DNA of 63,996 nucleotides, counting the filler, from Sphacelaria rigidula (Eukaryota), in assembly GCA_964200075.2 (NCBI GenBank). It is 3 parts of 3 records of this genome, joined end to end, with 100 filler letters (N's around TTAATTAATTAA, not from the genome) between each part and the next. Parts side by side here need not be neighbours in the genome. Positions count along the whole stretch, not along the records: positions 21,575 to 43,042 come from CAXNAA020000420.1; positions 43,143 to 63,996 come from CAXNAA020000487.1; 1 more part is not named here. The stretch is one strand, 5' to 3'. This document shows, in pieces, positions 36,310 through 49,830 of the stretch. The translations under genes and the position numbers were made by a program. The notes under the pieces were generated by a model. It made no database searches. It worked only from the letters and a program-made list of their open reading frames with translations, and had not been told where the DNA came from. Each line of letters begins with the position of its first letter. Positions within the stretch are counted from its first letter, which is position 1.

Positions 36310-39300
36310 TCTGACTGTGTTTTGAAAATGTACAAAACTCCGGGTTTCCGAATAGCATACAGTGGGACAACCCCGAAAGTGCGACTGCTCCCGTAAGTGA
36401 GCTGTCGCCCTCTAAACGTTCTGATTACACTTCGCGTTCATTCCCCATTGTCTGCCACAGGCCCACATTAGGGAACCGACGATTGACGTCAACACGCCGC
36501 GGAAGTGCCCCCCCCTCGCCTTTCGCTCGGCCAGTAGACACACATCACAGAACTTAATCAATATCGGCCGACACAGGTTCAGGTTCGTGGTGCGGGTACA
36601 CTGGGTTCGATCAGACTGTCATGGTGGATTCCATGGCAGCAGAATCCCGTTCATCTTTGCATGACTCCCAATTGCGCAATGACCAACCCCAGTGTTCAAA
36701 TTCTGGAGCTTATCACCTAGCTTCACCTCGAAGTGGTATTAATCATGGCTAGTTGGATTCCTTCTCCTCGCGGGATCGGCAGTCATGTAGCGTAATACCT
36801 CCCGCACCCGAAGCACGATCACCTTTTGGCGCGGTAGCTGTTACCCCTGCGACCGTTCATCGTGGGGTAATAAAATCAAGGCCACACGCCAGCCCCCAAA
36901 TAGGCTTAGGTGCCAAGCTGACCCCTGTTACACTCACCAACGAAATGACGTCGGTGCCCGGTCCCCTTTCATTTGGTGAGCATAAAGTTTCGCGCACGGA
37001 GCGCAACCGTGTCGAACCTTGGCTTTCCGTCGCTCAGCAGGTTGGGAAGGAACCTCAAGTAACAGCGCCGGTGGAGCGCCACGAGCGTGACCAAGGGCGG
37101 ACTGTCTTCGACAAATTCCCAATAGCCCCCTGAGCAGCCGAACCTTTGGTGCGCTATACGTGTCACCCCTGGCGGGCTCCTCCGGATGAGCCTGTAGATA
37201 TCCCTGATGACGCAGGTGCACCCGTCCACCACGATCGTGAACGGGTGTGGGTTTCATTAGATGAAGGCGATACTGCTGACCAGGCCGGTGTTTCCCAGAT
37301 TTCGAACAGATCAACACTGCTCCCTGCCGACCCCTCACACACGATGTTAGAACCCACCACGAAAATAGCGTTGTCATCTCTTGGGTCAGATACCTCGCTG
37401 CCAATTGGGCATTCGTCTCCCTGTCATGAAAACCCCCCGTCTGCGTCTTCATCACAAGGAAAACGTAGCGTAGTGACCGACGAGCCGTCCACGCTTGACC
37501 GCTCGTCCCCTATTTACCAACGTTGGCCCCAACTAACACGGGTAGTGAATTGACTAGTGTAGTTAAATCGCCTCCGCCCTTCGCCGGAACGTCCCCTCGT
37601 TTGCCTGTACTAGATGCTGTAGCCTAGCCAGCTTTGCAAACTGACGCTTCGCTACTTGTTGCGGCCGACCAAGGTATCCCGAATCAAACGTAACAGTTGT
37701 CGCGTCCAGCCACGACAACTGCCCTTCCTAGGGATCGTCCATGCCTTACAGTATACGAAATGCAACACTCGACGGATTCACCATCAACTGTAGAAGACAC
37801 TCCGTGCCCCGACCCACCGTCGGACAGAAATCTTGTTCCGAAGGATCGTCCGCGTGTGTATTTCAGCGCAGCTGCTCACAATCACAAGCACGGTTTGTCC
37901 ACAGATTGCTTGCCAGATATTCAGACCGGATCTACTCAGCGGAACTGCAATCATGAATGATGCCTCCTTCACGACGAAAATAGGTGTACATAGTGGACTG
38001 CACGCAACATGCCCTTTATTAGCTCTTGCATTGCCAGCTGCTGGCAACAAATGATCAACGCGGGGGCTGCGAACACGCATTGTGTTTCTACGGTATCCCC
38101 TCGTGTTTGTGGCGGGTTTGTTCCCTCCACTTGGCTTACAGTTGATCGGTCAGTGAGACTTAGTGTGCAATTTTTCGATGACACGGGTCCAACTTCTCGA
38201 TTATCCGTGTGGGCGCTCATAGTGCCCGACGGTTCCATGTCGTTTGATGTTTTGTTGGGGCGTGATAGTTGGCTACATTTTTCTACTCTTACATATACGT
38301 CAGACACACCTGCTTTACAACACTCAAGACTGGCAGATTGAAATTGGGATATCACGACACTGCTTCGGGGGCTCATGCCTATGTCCATGATCCAACACAA
38401 ACAGGTGATACTTTCCGACTGTACTATGTCGGCGAAAACGTAGCCTCCTTGTCCCCTGAACCCCAACTCATACATGTGAACCTTCTGAGATGGGATGGAT
38501 CCTCTGCCCTCACTGGACAATACTTGGTCGAATTCATCGACCCCAATCAGTTGGCTGATGACGTCGGGGCCTTTGACCAGACCTTTGTTGTCACGAAGGT
38601 AGAAAATGCATCCTTCTCACGTCCTCGGCATGTTTCGATACACTTCCCGGTCGGTTGTTGGGTTTCGCTCAGGCACCCCTTCTACAGAAAGACTTGTCAA
38701 ACGTGTGTCTGACGATCGAACCGAAATCGTCACCAGACACCTTGATCAATACGGACTCTTCGTCGTTATACAAGACTTACCCTATGGTGGTGGACGAACC
38801 GTCTAACGCACATGATCGAAACCCCCCAACTGCATTGCTAGGTAAATTATCGACAGAGTAACGTGTTAGCTTCAAACGTTCATGGGACGATATCCCGCCA
38901 CATTTGCGACACATTGCTCTTGATCTATCTGGTAAGGGGTGGACACCCACGGTGATCGATAGGTTGCGCTCAATTTTGATAAGATATTCTGAACGGTTCT
39001 CCAAATCGCCTCTAGATCTAGGCCGCTGCACCACTACACCGTTCAAGATCAAATTACTGATGGCACGCCACCTATCGCTACGCGTCCGTACCGTACAAAC
39101 CCCCTCGTAGCGGATAAAATTCAGGTAATCCTCGACGGATACTTGTCCGTCGGTTTAATACGGCACTCCACGTCCCCGTGGACCTCGCCGCTTGTTGTCG
39201 TCCGGAAGAAGGGCGATAAGATCAGAGTGACAGTCAATTACCAACGATTGAACGCAGTCATCAAACTCGCACGCCTACCTCTTCCCCGGATAGATGAAAT

Positions 39301-42300
39301 TATTTACTCTCTCGGCGTGGGGAAAGTATTTCCGAACTTTGACGTGCAGTCCGGCTACCACCAACTTGTGATGCACCCGCCATCTATAGAACTGACGGCG
39401 ATTTGTACACCGTCAGGCCTGTATGAATGGTTGGTAACTTCACAACGTGCCGCCGGCGCCCCCGGGGCGTTTCAGCGTGTGATGTTTCGCGTGACTGATG
39501 GATTGTCCAAGTGCCATATGTACCTCGACGACGCGGTAATACACGGAAGCATCCCTTCCGAACACGTCGAGCACTTGGCATTTTTCTTCGCTCGCTTAGA
39601 ACAACACAACTTGAAACTTACCCCGTCCAAATACCGCGTTGGAACGACTAGCATCGAATTTCTGGGCAACTGTATCCCTCGTGAAGGTCGTAGCCCAAAC
39701 CTCAACAAGGTTGCCGCCCTTACAGATATGCCCATGCCACGGGATATATCTCAACTGCGCTCCTTGCTCGGCGGTTTGCTACTACCGACAGTGTTTGCCG
39801 AACCCAGCGCAAATCCTCAAACCTCTCACCTCTCTTCTAAAAAAGGAGTGAAACCCGCGTTTACGACGGAAATGGAAAAAATAGTACGTCAACTGATTGA
39901 CACACTTTCACGACCACCAATCTTGGTTTTCCCAGATTAGTCGGATCCTGAAAATGGTTCACGTCCGTTCCGACTTCACACGGATTACTTCGAAATTGGG
40001 TTTGGCCGCACATTGGAACAGGAACAACCCAGATGCTAATATTCGCCTCAGTGTATATTTGAGTCGAACCACCTGCCCAAACAAGGGAAACTGGTCGGTC
40101 ATGGCGCAAGAGGTCGGCGCGATTGTTGAGGGAGTGAGACGTCTCCGTCAGTGCTTGTATGGCATTCTGTTCGTGATTTATACAGGTCCTCAGTCTTGAA
40201 AAACCTCGCCAAAACAGCGGAACACAACGCCGGGGTTCAATGCTGGCTTGAACTCCTGCTTTCTTACAACTTCACGTTGAAGCATCAAACAGGACCTCAA
40301 AACGCAAACGCTGATCTTCTGTCTCGCTTGCCCACCCCGGCCCCAGCCATTGACAGCTCCGCCTTGGGACGCATCACGGATCCCACCGAAGACGTTGTAT
40401 ATTTCATGAGCAGGAACGGTCATAGCGGAATCTATACACCACTCTTAATGAACCACAACTCGGCACTTGGCATCGATGGGCTGACTACAGCTCACGCTTC
40501 TGTACTAGGCAGTATGCCACCACAATCGTTCCGTTCAGTTTGGAGTGGAGCTAGTACAAACCCGAGTGGGTATGATCACTTCCGTGTAATTGGTCATCGA
40601 ATGATTTTTGCTGAAAGTGTAAACCTGTCTTGTATTGACTTCGTCTTCCCGGTTCAAGTACGAGATCCCATCTCGAGTAGAACCCGGGGGCGACGGGTGG
40701 CCGATACAGCCGCGACCCTGGCAGCCTTTGGGCCGGAATTTACCATCCCGACCCCATCCCTGTGCCCGATACTTTCCTTGCGCCCCCTCAACCAAGACGC
40801 AAGATCCCCAGAATATCGACCCCATCCACGGCACCCGTGCCTCCCGTAGCCAAAGTCTCGGCTTTACCCGCCTTCTCCGGTGATGTTGTACCCACGGGTG
40901 CCTCATCATCCGATGCGCTAGTCGACGTAGGAATCGAAGGCAACGTTCCGCTTGAAGATACACCAACGGATTCCCCCGCCCATGATCCAAATATCCCTTA
41001 TTTTAGTCAACATCGCTGTGACACGAACCCCTTCATTTTGAACAAACCGTCGGATAGTGTATTTCAGGAACGTTTGACCCTTTTCTCTCACGCCGATTGG
41101 GCCAGGGAACAACGAGCTGAACCTCCTTGTCGAGCAGCTATGCATTATCTATCCAAAGGTTGCCCGTCTCCTTTTCAGCAGCTGAATTCCTCTTGCCCGT
41201 TGGGAAATACAAAGCCCCCACAGAGGATGAAGTTATTGGACTATCGCGAAAAGGTATTCTTTATACGGATGACGATGGCATTATTTCTTTAGTCCGCCGG
41301 CCCACGGCGCCCCTTCGTGTGGGGAAACGTACTAGTAAACATCCCTGTTGGTCAGGTGATGATCCCACACGAAGTTATGTGCCGATGCCGCAGCGACTAT
41401 CGGTTCTCCATGGATGTAGTTCGCAAACATCGACACGTCTGGGAGTCGCTAGGACCTTCCAGATGCTTGAGCGTTTGTATTGGTGAATTTGTGTAGATCA
41501 GCGTGTACGGTGGGGGGTGAGGCGTTGTCTTTTGTGTCCGGCGCGCCAAACTTCGCGCCAAACGGTTCAATGACCAGTTATTTCCATGCCACTAACCAAC
41601 GGGCCTGGTGAAGCAGTCTCATGGGATTACCTTGGTCCGTTGCCTCTTTCTGATGGTGGTAACAAGTACACCTTGTTTACGGATCGGTTTAGTCGACACG
41701 CGGTGATGCATACTGTTTCGGAAATCAACTACAGTGCGGCAAGCACAGCCAACGTCCTTGTGTACAAATACATTCCACAATGGGGGTGTACCCAAACGAT
41801 TCTTGTCCGATAACGTCCCACATTTCGCCGGCAGCGTTCCTGTCGCGATCAGTAACCTCCTGGGTGACCATCGCATTTTTACTAGCTCCTACCATCCGTC
41901 CACAAACGGTGGGACTGGACGAGTGAATCATATGATGGCTCAACTGCTCACAGCGGTAACCAACGAACGAGAAACGGACCGAGACTTGCACTCGCCCCTG
42001 ATTCAGATGAACTACAATAATTCGGTCAGTGGCGTCACGGGATTGGCTCCCAATGAAGTTCATATTAGGTCGTATGCCCAGGTTGTCACTGACGGTGTTC
42101 GTAAGGAAACCTTCCGGAGGCCATCAAAGTTTGGATCGCGATATTGCGGAGTACCATATTTCTGTTCGTAATCGTCTTCGTCTTGCATATGATGTGGACC
42201 GTGAGCAAAACCAAGTCAATGCAGCGAAAGTTGCCGGGGCAAACACTGCTTTGGATGATGCGTTGAACAACCGTCCGGTGTGAAAGGTAGACCAAGGGGG

Positions 42301-42650
42301 TGTACAACGATGTGAAAACCGTTACTCAAGGGGCTAGCTCCAAAACAATTTCGTTGGATAAGGTGTTGAAGTCGAAACTATCCTTGAATTGAACTGGTCC
42401 TTGGAAACTCTTCGCTGTTGGGCCGTGTGATACCGCACCTGACAATAGTCCGATAGGCGTGAAAGTTTTGGATTTGAATTTTCCCATGGATGAACCTGGC
42501 ATCAAACCCAAAAACCGAGTTTCGATGCTCAGGTGTAAACCGTCTCTGCTCCCACATGATACAACAGACATGCCCGAACAATTGCCAATGAGTCTCAGCC
42601 AGTACGTGTTGACCAACTGAGCGGCCAAAGCTCCGCCGTATCACATGACG
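36310..42650 (+). mobile_element. Decayed Ty3/Gypsy retrotransposon (PR-RT-RH-IN); LTRs not identified
   Basis: Protease end FDVLLGRDSW (~38240); RT STSPWTSPLVVVRKK...GYHQL...APGAFQRVM...MYLDD (39143-39940); RNase H NANADLLSRLP; integrase WDYLGPLP...TDRFSR...LSDN...SSYHPSTNG; many stops and frameshifts. Left boundary approximate. Confidence 0.85.
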
Positions 42651-42730
42651 GTTGAACCATCAATTAGTCTGAGGTCGAGGAGGTAAAATAGCGGTTATGT
42701 ACCAGACACACTGGAAAGGTATTGTGCGTG

Positions 42731-42937
42731 TTACGTGGGAACGGGAAGTTGATTTGCGCCACTTTCGAGGAGAAATACTGCTATTTGGCGGATTTTGAGG
42801 GGTCCCGGGTCATCGAGAAAATGAATGAAGTATGAGTTGTCCACTGCAGAATCAATCAAGTGGAATTTTTCCCGGCCACAACCGTGAATCCATTGCTTTG
42901 TACCAAAAATACGCGTCTTCGGGCAAACGCTTCTCAC
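42731..42937 (-). pseudogene. Inverted fragment resembling the C-terminal pol region of the same Gypsy lineage
   Basis: Minus-strand frames give AYFWYKAMDSRLWPGKI and YFIHFLDDPGPLK, motifs I recall from brown-algal Gypsy pol tails (not verified by search). Confidence 0.5.
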
Positions 42938-42973
42938 AAAAATAGTTCAAGTATTGCGAACTAGAAACAACAC

Positions 42974-42981
42974 TATTATTA

Positions 42982-43042
<61 letters not shown>
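42974..43042. repeat. (ATT)n microsatellite at contig end
   Basis: Seen directly, abutting the gap. Confidence 0.9.
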
Positions 43043-43142
43043 NNNNNNNNNNNNNNNNNNNNNNNNNNNNNNNNNNNNNNNNNNNNTTAATTAATTAANN
43101 NNNNNNNNNNNNNNNNNNNNNNNNNNNNNNNNNNNNNNNNNN
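43043..43142. other. Assembly gap with artificial linker
   Basis: 44 N + TTAATTAATTAA + 44 N, identical to the first gap. Confidence 0.95.
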
Positions 43143-43487
43143 TGAGGAGGGCGTGGGCACACTCCAAAGCACACAAAAAACAAGTAATCATCACCCCCCC
43201 CCCCCCCCCCCCCCTCCCTCCCCCCCAACTCCCGGCTGGCGAGGGGGGACCGCGGGAGGCGCTGCCGGGGGCGAAAAACTTGGGCCGTGTGGCTTCATTC
43301 ATCATCACATTTGGCGTAATGAAGGCCTTTCAGCCCACGATGGAACCTGTCCGGATTTGAAAAGACTCAGCAGCAACCAAGGCCTCGCCCATCAATAATT
43401 CTGCTCGCAGCAGAAGAAACAGATTTGCACGCAAAAAAATCGAGAATACGAGCTGGTTCGCGTTCATCAACCAGAATTTACTCATCC

Positions 43488-43766
43488 GCAAATGTTCACG
43501 CGGATGCTCGAAACTGTACTCTGAAAAATTGCACATACGTACTATAGGACATGACGAAAATTTTGATGGATGGAGTTTTTCGATTTTTTTTACGTCAGTT
43601 ATCGGGGGTCCCAAGGTCCTGGGGAGTTGCATGCCCTTCTGGGGCCCCAGATCACTGGCGAAAAGAAAAATCGGAAAAACCCATCCATCAAACGTTTAGT
43701 AACACTCCGTAGTACATGTGTCCAATTTTTCAGAGTCTAACTCCAAGAATCGGCGTGAACATTTGC
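43488..43766. repeat. ~280-bp imperfect palindrome
   Basis: Arms of about 130 bp (GCAAATGTTCACG...ACTCTGAAAAATTG...TTTGATGGATGG and its reverse complement) around a loop of about 18 nt. Confidence 0.75.
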
Positions 43767-44383
43767 TTTTTTCGTATGATGAAGTGAGCTTGAAAGGTAC
43801 AAAATACTCACTACTTGATATCAGTATGAAAACGGCTTTTTCGGGTATGTTCCTCAGCGTTGAAACGAGGAAAACTGCGTCAGGATTTCGAGTTTCGCAA
43901 CGAAACTTGAGCGGTTCTTCGTCAGGGGTTCACAATATGTTTCTGGGGCTCTTCACTGTCGGAGCCTCTCGATGACAGACATCTGGGTCCTAGTGTGCAG
44001 CATCAGAAAACTTTGGGGCTAAAAAGTGCACCCCTTCCGTTGAATCATTCACTTTGACAAGTGTTCCTTCGACCATCTGGGACGCATATACATACATGTA
44101 TGTGCATGTTTGGCATTCTGAACCGCTTTCCGGGGCTTTCACGCCGGGATCCCCGGACGCCGGTAAATAGCGAAGCAACCTCGAAATGTTCAACAACACA
44201 TCATTTTTATTCGAAGCACCAAAAATATCTACCGAACCGCCAAGTTTGAGAGCAGTCAGATTTTTTTCCATCACAGATATACAGGAAACCGGCAGGAGGC
44301 TCCCTGTACCTTTGGTGCCTATCATCAGCAGTACAGTAGTAGTGGAAATCAGACGACGCCAAAACCACACGCCACCGACGTTA

Positions 44384-44588
44384 GAGAGTTTCGGGAAACA
44401 ATGCTTTTCTGTCACTTCAGAGTGCAAACATATCAGCATCAGAGTGCAAAATAAGAAGAACCTCATCGAAAAAAGAAAAAAGTCAGGGGAGTACCACATT
44501 TGACGGGGAGGGAAATGATTTTTCGTTACAGTCTGATCCTGAGATATTTGCACTCTGAAATGACACAGAGGCGTTTTCCAAAACTCTC
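44384..44588. mobile_element. ~205-bp MITE with long TIRs
   Basis: ~65-bp imperfect TIR GAGAGTTT.GG.AAAC...GTCA.TTCAGAGTGCAAA.AT.TCAG.ATCAGA, with TA on both flanks. Confidence 0.65.
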
Positions 44589-46318
44589 TATTACAACCAT
44601 TTGGGGTTAGTTGGACTCCACAACTAACCGTCTCCGAATCTATTTTTCCCGTTGGATTACCGAGCTGATTGTGCGGCTACCACGATTTAAACCATGTGGA
44701 GATTGAGTAGACACTGTCTTGGTATTCGTATTTTGATTCCAGAAGCATTTATTTCAAGGCCGGTGATCGGTCGAGGTGCCTTTTCGACCTTAACGCCATC
44801 CCTATGGCCTTGAATGAAAATTCGGGTGTACCACCCTCTTCAGTTGTCCATGAGTGATGCTACGGTAGGGGTGCACAAATATTTTCCGAGGTTAGAATTG
44901 TTAGGAAGCCTTGATCTTCTACGAAACACCACTTCTGAAAATATGTGAAAGTACGCCATAGGACTACTACTCCAATGTGCTGGGGATATGCCAAATGAAT
45001 TTGCAGACGGGGATGCCCTGACCCATATTCTTGTGCAATCTAGAACCGTTAGGAGCCCCTGAACTAGACAAGATTTCGCTAAAAAAGTTTACCTCTATAC
45101 CGTAGCATTGCTCCCCATGACGGTTAGTATGAGACTGGTTCTCCGGTAGGGGTGCGCAGTTTTTTGCTGAGGCTGCTCCGTATTGTCGGAGCCTCTGGGT
45201 GAAAAACATCTGGGCCCTATAATAGTGTGCAGCCTCAGAAACATTTTGGACTGTAAAGTGGACCCCTACAGTAAGATCCCTCGTGATGCCTTCTGAGCGA
45301 CTATCGGGTAGATATTGCGGAAGGTATACACTAGCTTGGGTGATGAACCTAACCAAAAGCGGTTGGAATAAAGAATATAACCAGTTTTGTTTTGTTTTTC
45401 CTCGCACTTCGAACCCCTCCCTCCCCTTCCTCGGGATGAGTCCGTGATCTCAAGGGATCAACCCCTCTCTCCCCCGGTACGTGCCTTGCATTTTGGTCTC
45501 GCGGATTGGATCATGACCATCAGCACTCCCGCACCGCGTCAACTCACACCACGACTACTTTGTTCACTCACGCTCTCACGCTTTCCACGGTGGAAATCAT
45601 ACACTACGAAAAAAAAAAAAAAAACGCGTCGGGAATCAAACCCTCGTTCTCTCCACCCTAATGGCGACAGCCGGACCATTGCACCACCGGGCCGCGGCAG
45701 TCTACTGCTCGGAGCATTTCCAGCAGAGTCAGGAGCATACCAGGAAAGAACAAGCATTTAAACAGGCGATCCTGGAAAAAGAGAACGAGATTTTTCTATC
45801 GAAACGAACTGGCGTCGAAATTGCACATGCTATTGAAGAACCTAGTACTCGTACTCATCAAACGAGCAATGCCACGGTACGGGTGCACTTTTTATTTCCA
45901 GGACTCTTCGTGGTGGGAGCCTCTCGATGACAAATATATGGGTCTTAGTGTGCAGCCTCGGACAAGTTTTGGCCCAAAAAGTGCCCCCCCCCCCCCGTGG
46001 CATCACCAAACGTTGCCTCATATGTCACAGTCCACCTGAGGGGGAGTTGCTGTCTGTAAGAGTTGTAATATTTTATTCCGTTTCGAGAAGATCACTACAA
46101 TCGGTACGTCCATCATGTGACCGCATCTGGATCCCTGAAGAGTCAGTTCACGTGCAAAAATCACGTAATCAAATCAATCAATAGGTCCATAAGATCGTAA
46201 CTGCACACCGAGTACCTACTTCCGTATTGATATCAAATGTGCGATTTTTTTACAAAGAGTCTCGGCCTCCAACTTGACATAGCCCGTTTGAAACACACGA
46301 TACATAAACACAACACAT

Positions 46319-46863
46319 CAAACACGGGATTTCACAAATTGCGGGGATTGATTTTTTTGTTGAGGATGAGCCTTGGGGGCCTTCGTAAACATCGGAATAT
46401 TTTCGGGAAAATAATGTACACATGCGGCCATTTGGCTACCCCCCAAAATGCCTCCGGGGGGATATGCGGACCTCCAGAGCGAAAACAAGCCTCCAGAGGC
46501 CTTCAATCCCTCTGGAGGAAACCAAACACTATCGACCTGGAGGGCCGCGCACCCCTCCGGAGGAATTCGGGGGTAGCAAAATGCCTTCGGAGAGATGCGC
46601 GGCCCTTCAGAGGCGAAAAGCCTCCGGAGACGTTAAATCCCTCTGGTGGAAACCAAAAAATCTCCTCTGCAGGGCGGCGCACCCCTCCGGAGGCGTATAA
46701 GTCCTCTGGAGGCTGGAAACGCTGACCGAACTGGAGGAATTTTGGCGGTAGCCAAATGACCGCGTGTGCAAACGCTCTCTCCGGCCGTGATCTGTAGCCT
46801 CGCTCATTCTAAAAAAAGTATGTACCACGAAGTACACCCGCAATTTGTAAAATCCCGTGTTTG
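46319..46863. mobile_element. 545-bp non-autonomous TIR element with internal CCTCCGGAGG palindromes
   Basis: 27-bp TIR CAAACACGGGATTT(C/T)ACAAATTGCGGG with one mismatch; no clear TSD. Confidence 0.75.
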
Positions 46864-48642
46864 TTCCGAACAAATGACACCTCCATTAATTCCCGTACAA
46901 GCACTTGTTTCATTTGTCGGAATCCCCTGCTAACACGAAATATTACAAATTGTAGATGGAATTCATTTCATGATGAGCGAGGCCACACTTCACGGCTGGA
47001 TAGTGCTTACAGAATCACAGTAGATTACAGCTGATGAAGGATTTTTGTACATTTTTTGTAGTAGGCGATTTTCAGTAGTGGTTTTATCGCGCCCCACCGC
47101 TCATCCCAGTAAACGTTTAATCCCAAAAATTGGGGATTGGGAGATACTCGGAATAAGCTCAACATTCCAAAACAAAACAATTTCTGCAATCAGTATTGAA
47201 CGACTTACGGGCTGTTCGGTCCTCAGGGGTCCTGCGATTACCCAGCCCCAGGTTGTGACCCCTGGGTATGCTTCTCGCTAGAGGCAATCCCGATCGTTCT
47301 CGCGTCAACAAATGTAAGGCACGATTATTATTTTTTAATTATAACGTTTTCATTGCGCTAGAGCCGAAAAACTTTGTGTTTCGGACCCGTGGCGGTCGAT
47401 ACCGCCCCCTGATGAACGAGGATTGCGTCCCAAGCACAATCTTCTTATTTTCCCAATATCTATCGATGCTATAATAGGAATCTCGAGTGCTAAAAAAGAA
47501 TATTATGCAACAAAACTCAGAAAGGTTTGCGACTACAAAATTGCCCCACCGAGCTCTGCATAGCACAGAGGGGGGGGGGGGGGGTTACTCATGATCTTGC
47601 ATGCCGTAGATGTACGACCATTGACCTCGCATCCCTACAAAAAGCCGGGACGGAGCACGCCGGGTTTTTGCCGGACCACGCTCGCAATCGACCCCCAAGC
47701 GCTAAGCGCCGTGATGTGCTCGGTGAGTCGCATAACGGGTGGTGAGCGGCATCCTGCTAAGACTGTTCGGCCCGAAGCGTACTGATTATCTTTCAATGGG
47801 ATGACAGCCTACAATGATTTGCCTCATTTTCTGGTATCGCCACTTCTAGAGACAGCCACGGGTTCCACACACATTGCATCATGGGTGTGTCACCAATTGA
47901 ACACTACAGTACGTGGCATAATCACCCCCTTTGCGCGGAGTTGAGGTTTTTCCACCCCCACGATACGATCTAGCTCGACCATCATCACGGATACCGCAAA
48001 AAAACGCAAGCGCGCAACAAAAAACGGTAACATGGTTGACTAGCTTATGCAGTGAGTGGCGTATTTTACAGCGTCACGGCCACCCGACGTCAGTAACATC
48101 CCGTCAATTCAGCCCAGGATATGACCCACCCTTCATGCGACTCGTCAAACATATCATGGCGCTTCGCACTTGGTGATTGTTTGCGATCCTGGTCCGGCGA
48201 AAACCCGGCGTGTCGTAAGCCGTTCAACACTGAGCGCACAGAGGCGATTTTTATTTCGGAATGTGAAGCGGGTGCCTAGTATCTCCCGATCCCCGAACTT
48301 CAGGACCAAACATTCACACGGATGAGCGGTGGCACGCGAAAAAAATGAAGATCGCCGACAACTGAAAAAGAGTATGAACATTTCCTATTTCAGCACAAAA
48401 ATCTGGAGAAAAACATACTCCGGTGTATTGATTTCGAGAGTAGTTCGATGCTTGCGAACGTTCCCAAGATTCATCTTAAGAAAAAAGACATGTGCTCTTG
48501 GTACAATCCCGTCGTATCAGCGAGGAAAAATCGAGCGGGCAAAACGAGACACATGTAGAGTACAAAAACCGAACGGGGATAAAAAAAAAACTTCGACAAG
48601 CAGGGGTGGGAGCATCTTTTTTTAGCCGTATAAGTAGTGGTA

Positions 48643-49830
48643 CAGAGGGGGTCACGGTTTAAGAGAGCTCAGTTTAAGAGAATTGCCCGTTTAAGAGAGG
48701 TCGAAAAGGCTTGGCACACCACTCTCTTAAACCGAACCCTGGTTCTCTTAAACCGAGATCTGTTTTCTCTTAAACTGGATCCACCACCACCCCCCCCCGC
48801 TCTTCTACTGTACAGTACTGTAGTTCGAAAAACATCTCAGTACGTCCAGAAACTGTAACACACAGTCGAGACATGGTTTGGCGTAGAGGAGGAGAAAGAG
48901 GTGGCAGGAGCGGTAGTTGCCGATGTGAAGGACGATCTTTGTGAGGTGTCGCTTGCCAAACTGAACATAGACTCTGATGACGACGACGCCGACTCTTCGG
49001 GTGGAGACAAGAGCCACTGCGCGCAGCCCGAAGTCTCTCCTCGTCCACTACCGTACACTGACGTATCTAGGCAGTTTGGGGACCTCGAGAGAGTAGCAGG
49101 GAGGTGCAACATGGTGGAGGTATCGTACCATCTTGGTAGGGCCAAGTTGGCCTGGATGAACGAGTTTGGGTCAAGGAAAACAAACAAACTTACATGGCAG
49201 ACTTCATGTAGCGTTGCAGAAGCTGTCGATGAGCGCATGTCACATGTCTGTTGCGGGGTATTACGGGTGTAGGTACTTGAGTTTAACTGGTTGTGAGAGC
49301 AGCACCTGTACAGCAGTACATAATTCAATACAATATTATGTGCGATTTTCTGTCTTATTGCCTTCCTGCATCTTGTTTTTTCTTTCGAGATGTGACGTGT
49401 GTGTGGCGCGCATGTGTTGCGTTGGCCGCTCTGTTCAGCTGATGTGGCGATCACTACGATACCGCGGAATATATCATTTTTTTCACAAAAACAAAGGGGG
49501 CATCGCGCTGGATGTGGGTCCCGTAGCGCAGAATAAACGTGTCAACGATATGAAATTCCCTCTTTCAACACTTTGTAATGGCCTTCCTCCTGTATGACCC
49601 CCCGGCTGATGCGCCCACATACACCGAAAGGTGTGAACCGGCGTCCAGAATAGATGGGACAACACACACACACACATTCGGCACCACGGCTCGACCTGCC
49701 GTTCGAAGGCTGTCAATAACCCACATATTCAGTTGAAGAGGGGTTTAAGAAACCGATCTAGTAGAAGATCGGGTTCAAGAGAGGTTTTCTTGATCTAGCA
49801 CACCCCTCTCTTAAACCGTGACCCCCACTA
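48643..49830 (+). mobile_element. pogo/Tigger-like (Tc1-mariner) deletion derivative with a probable transposase C-terminal remnant
   Basis: 25-bp TIR (C/T)AG(A/T)GGGGGTCACGGTTTAAGAGAG; TA TSD; subterminal TTTAAGAGA repeats; acidic-tail ORF remnant at 48901-49272; an empty paralogous site at about 49935-50040. Confidence 0.82.

Noticed and set aside
43990-44553. 187-aa minus-strand ORF
   Set aside because: It spans MITE and repeat sequence and has no recognisable domain.
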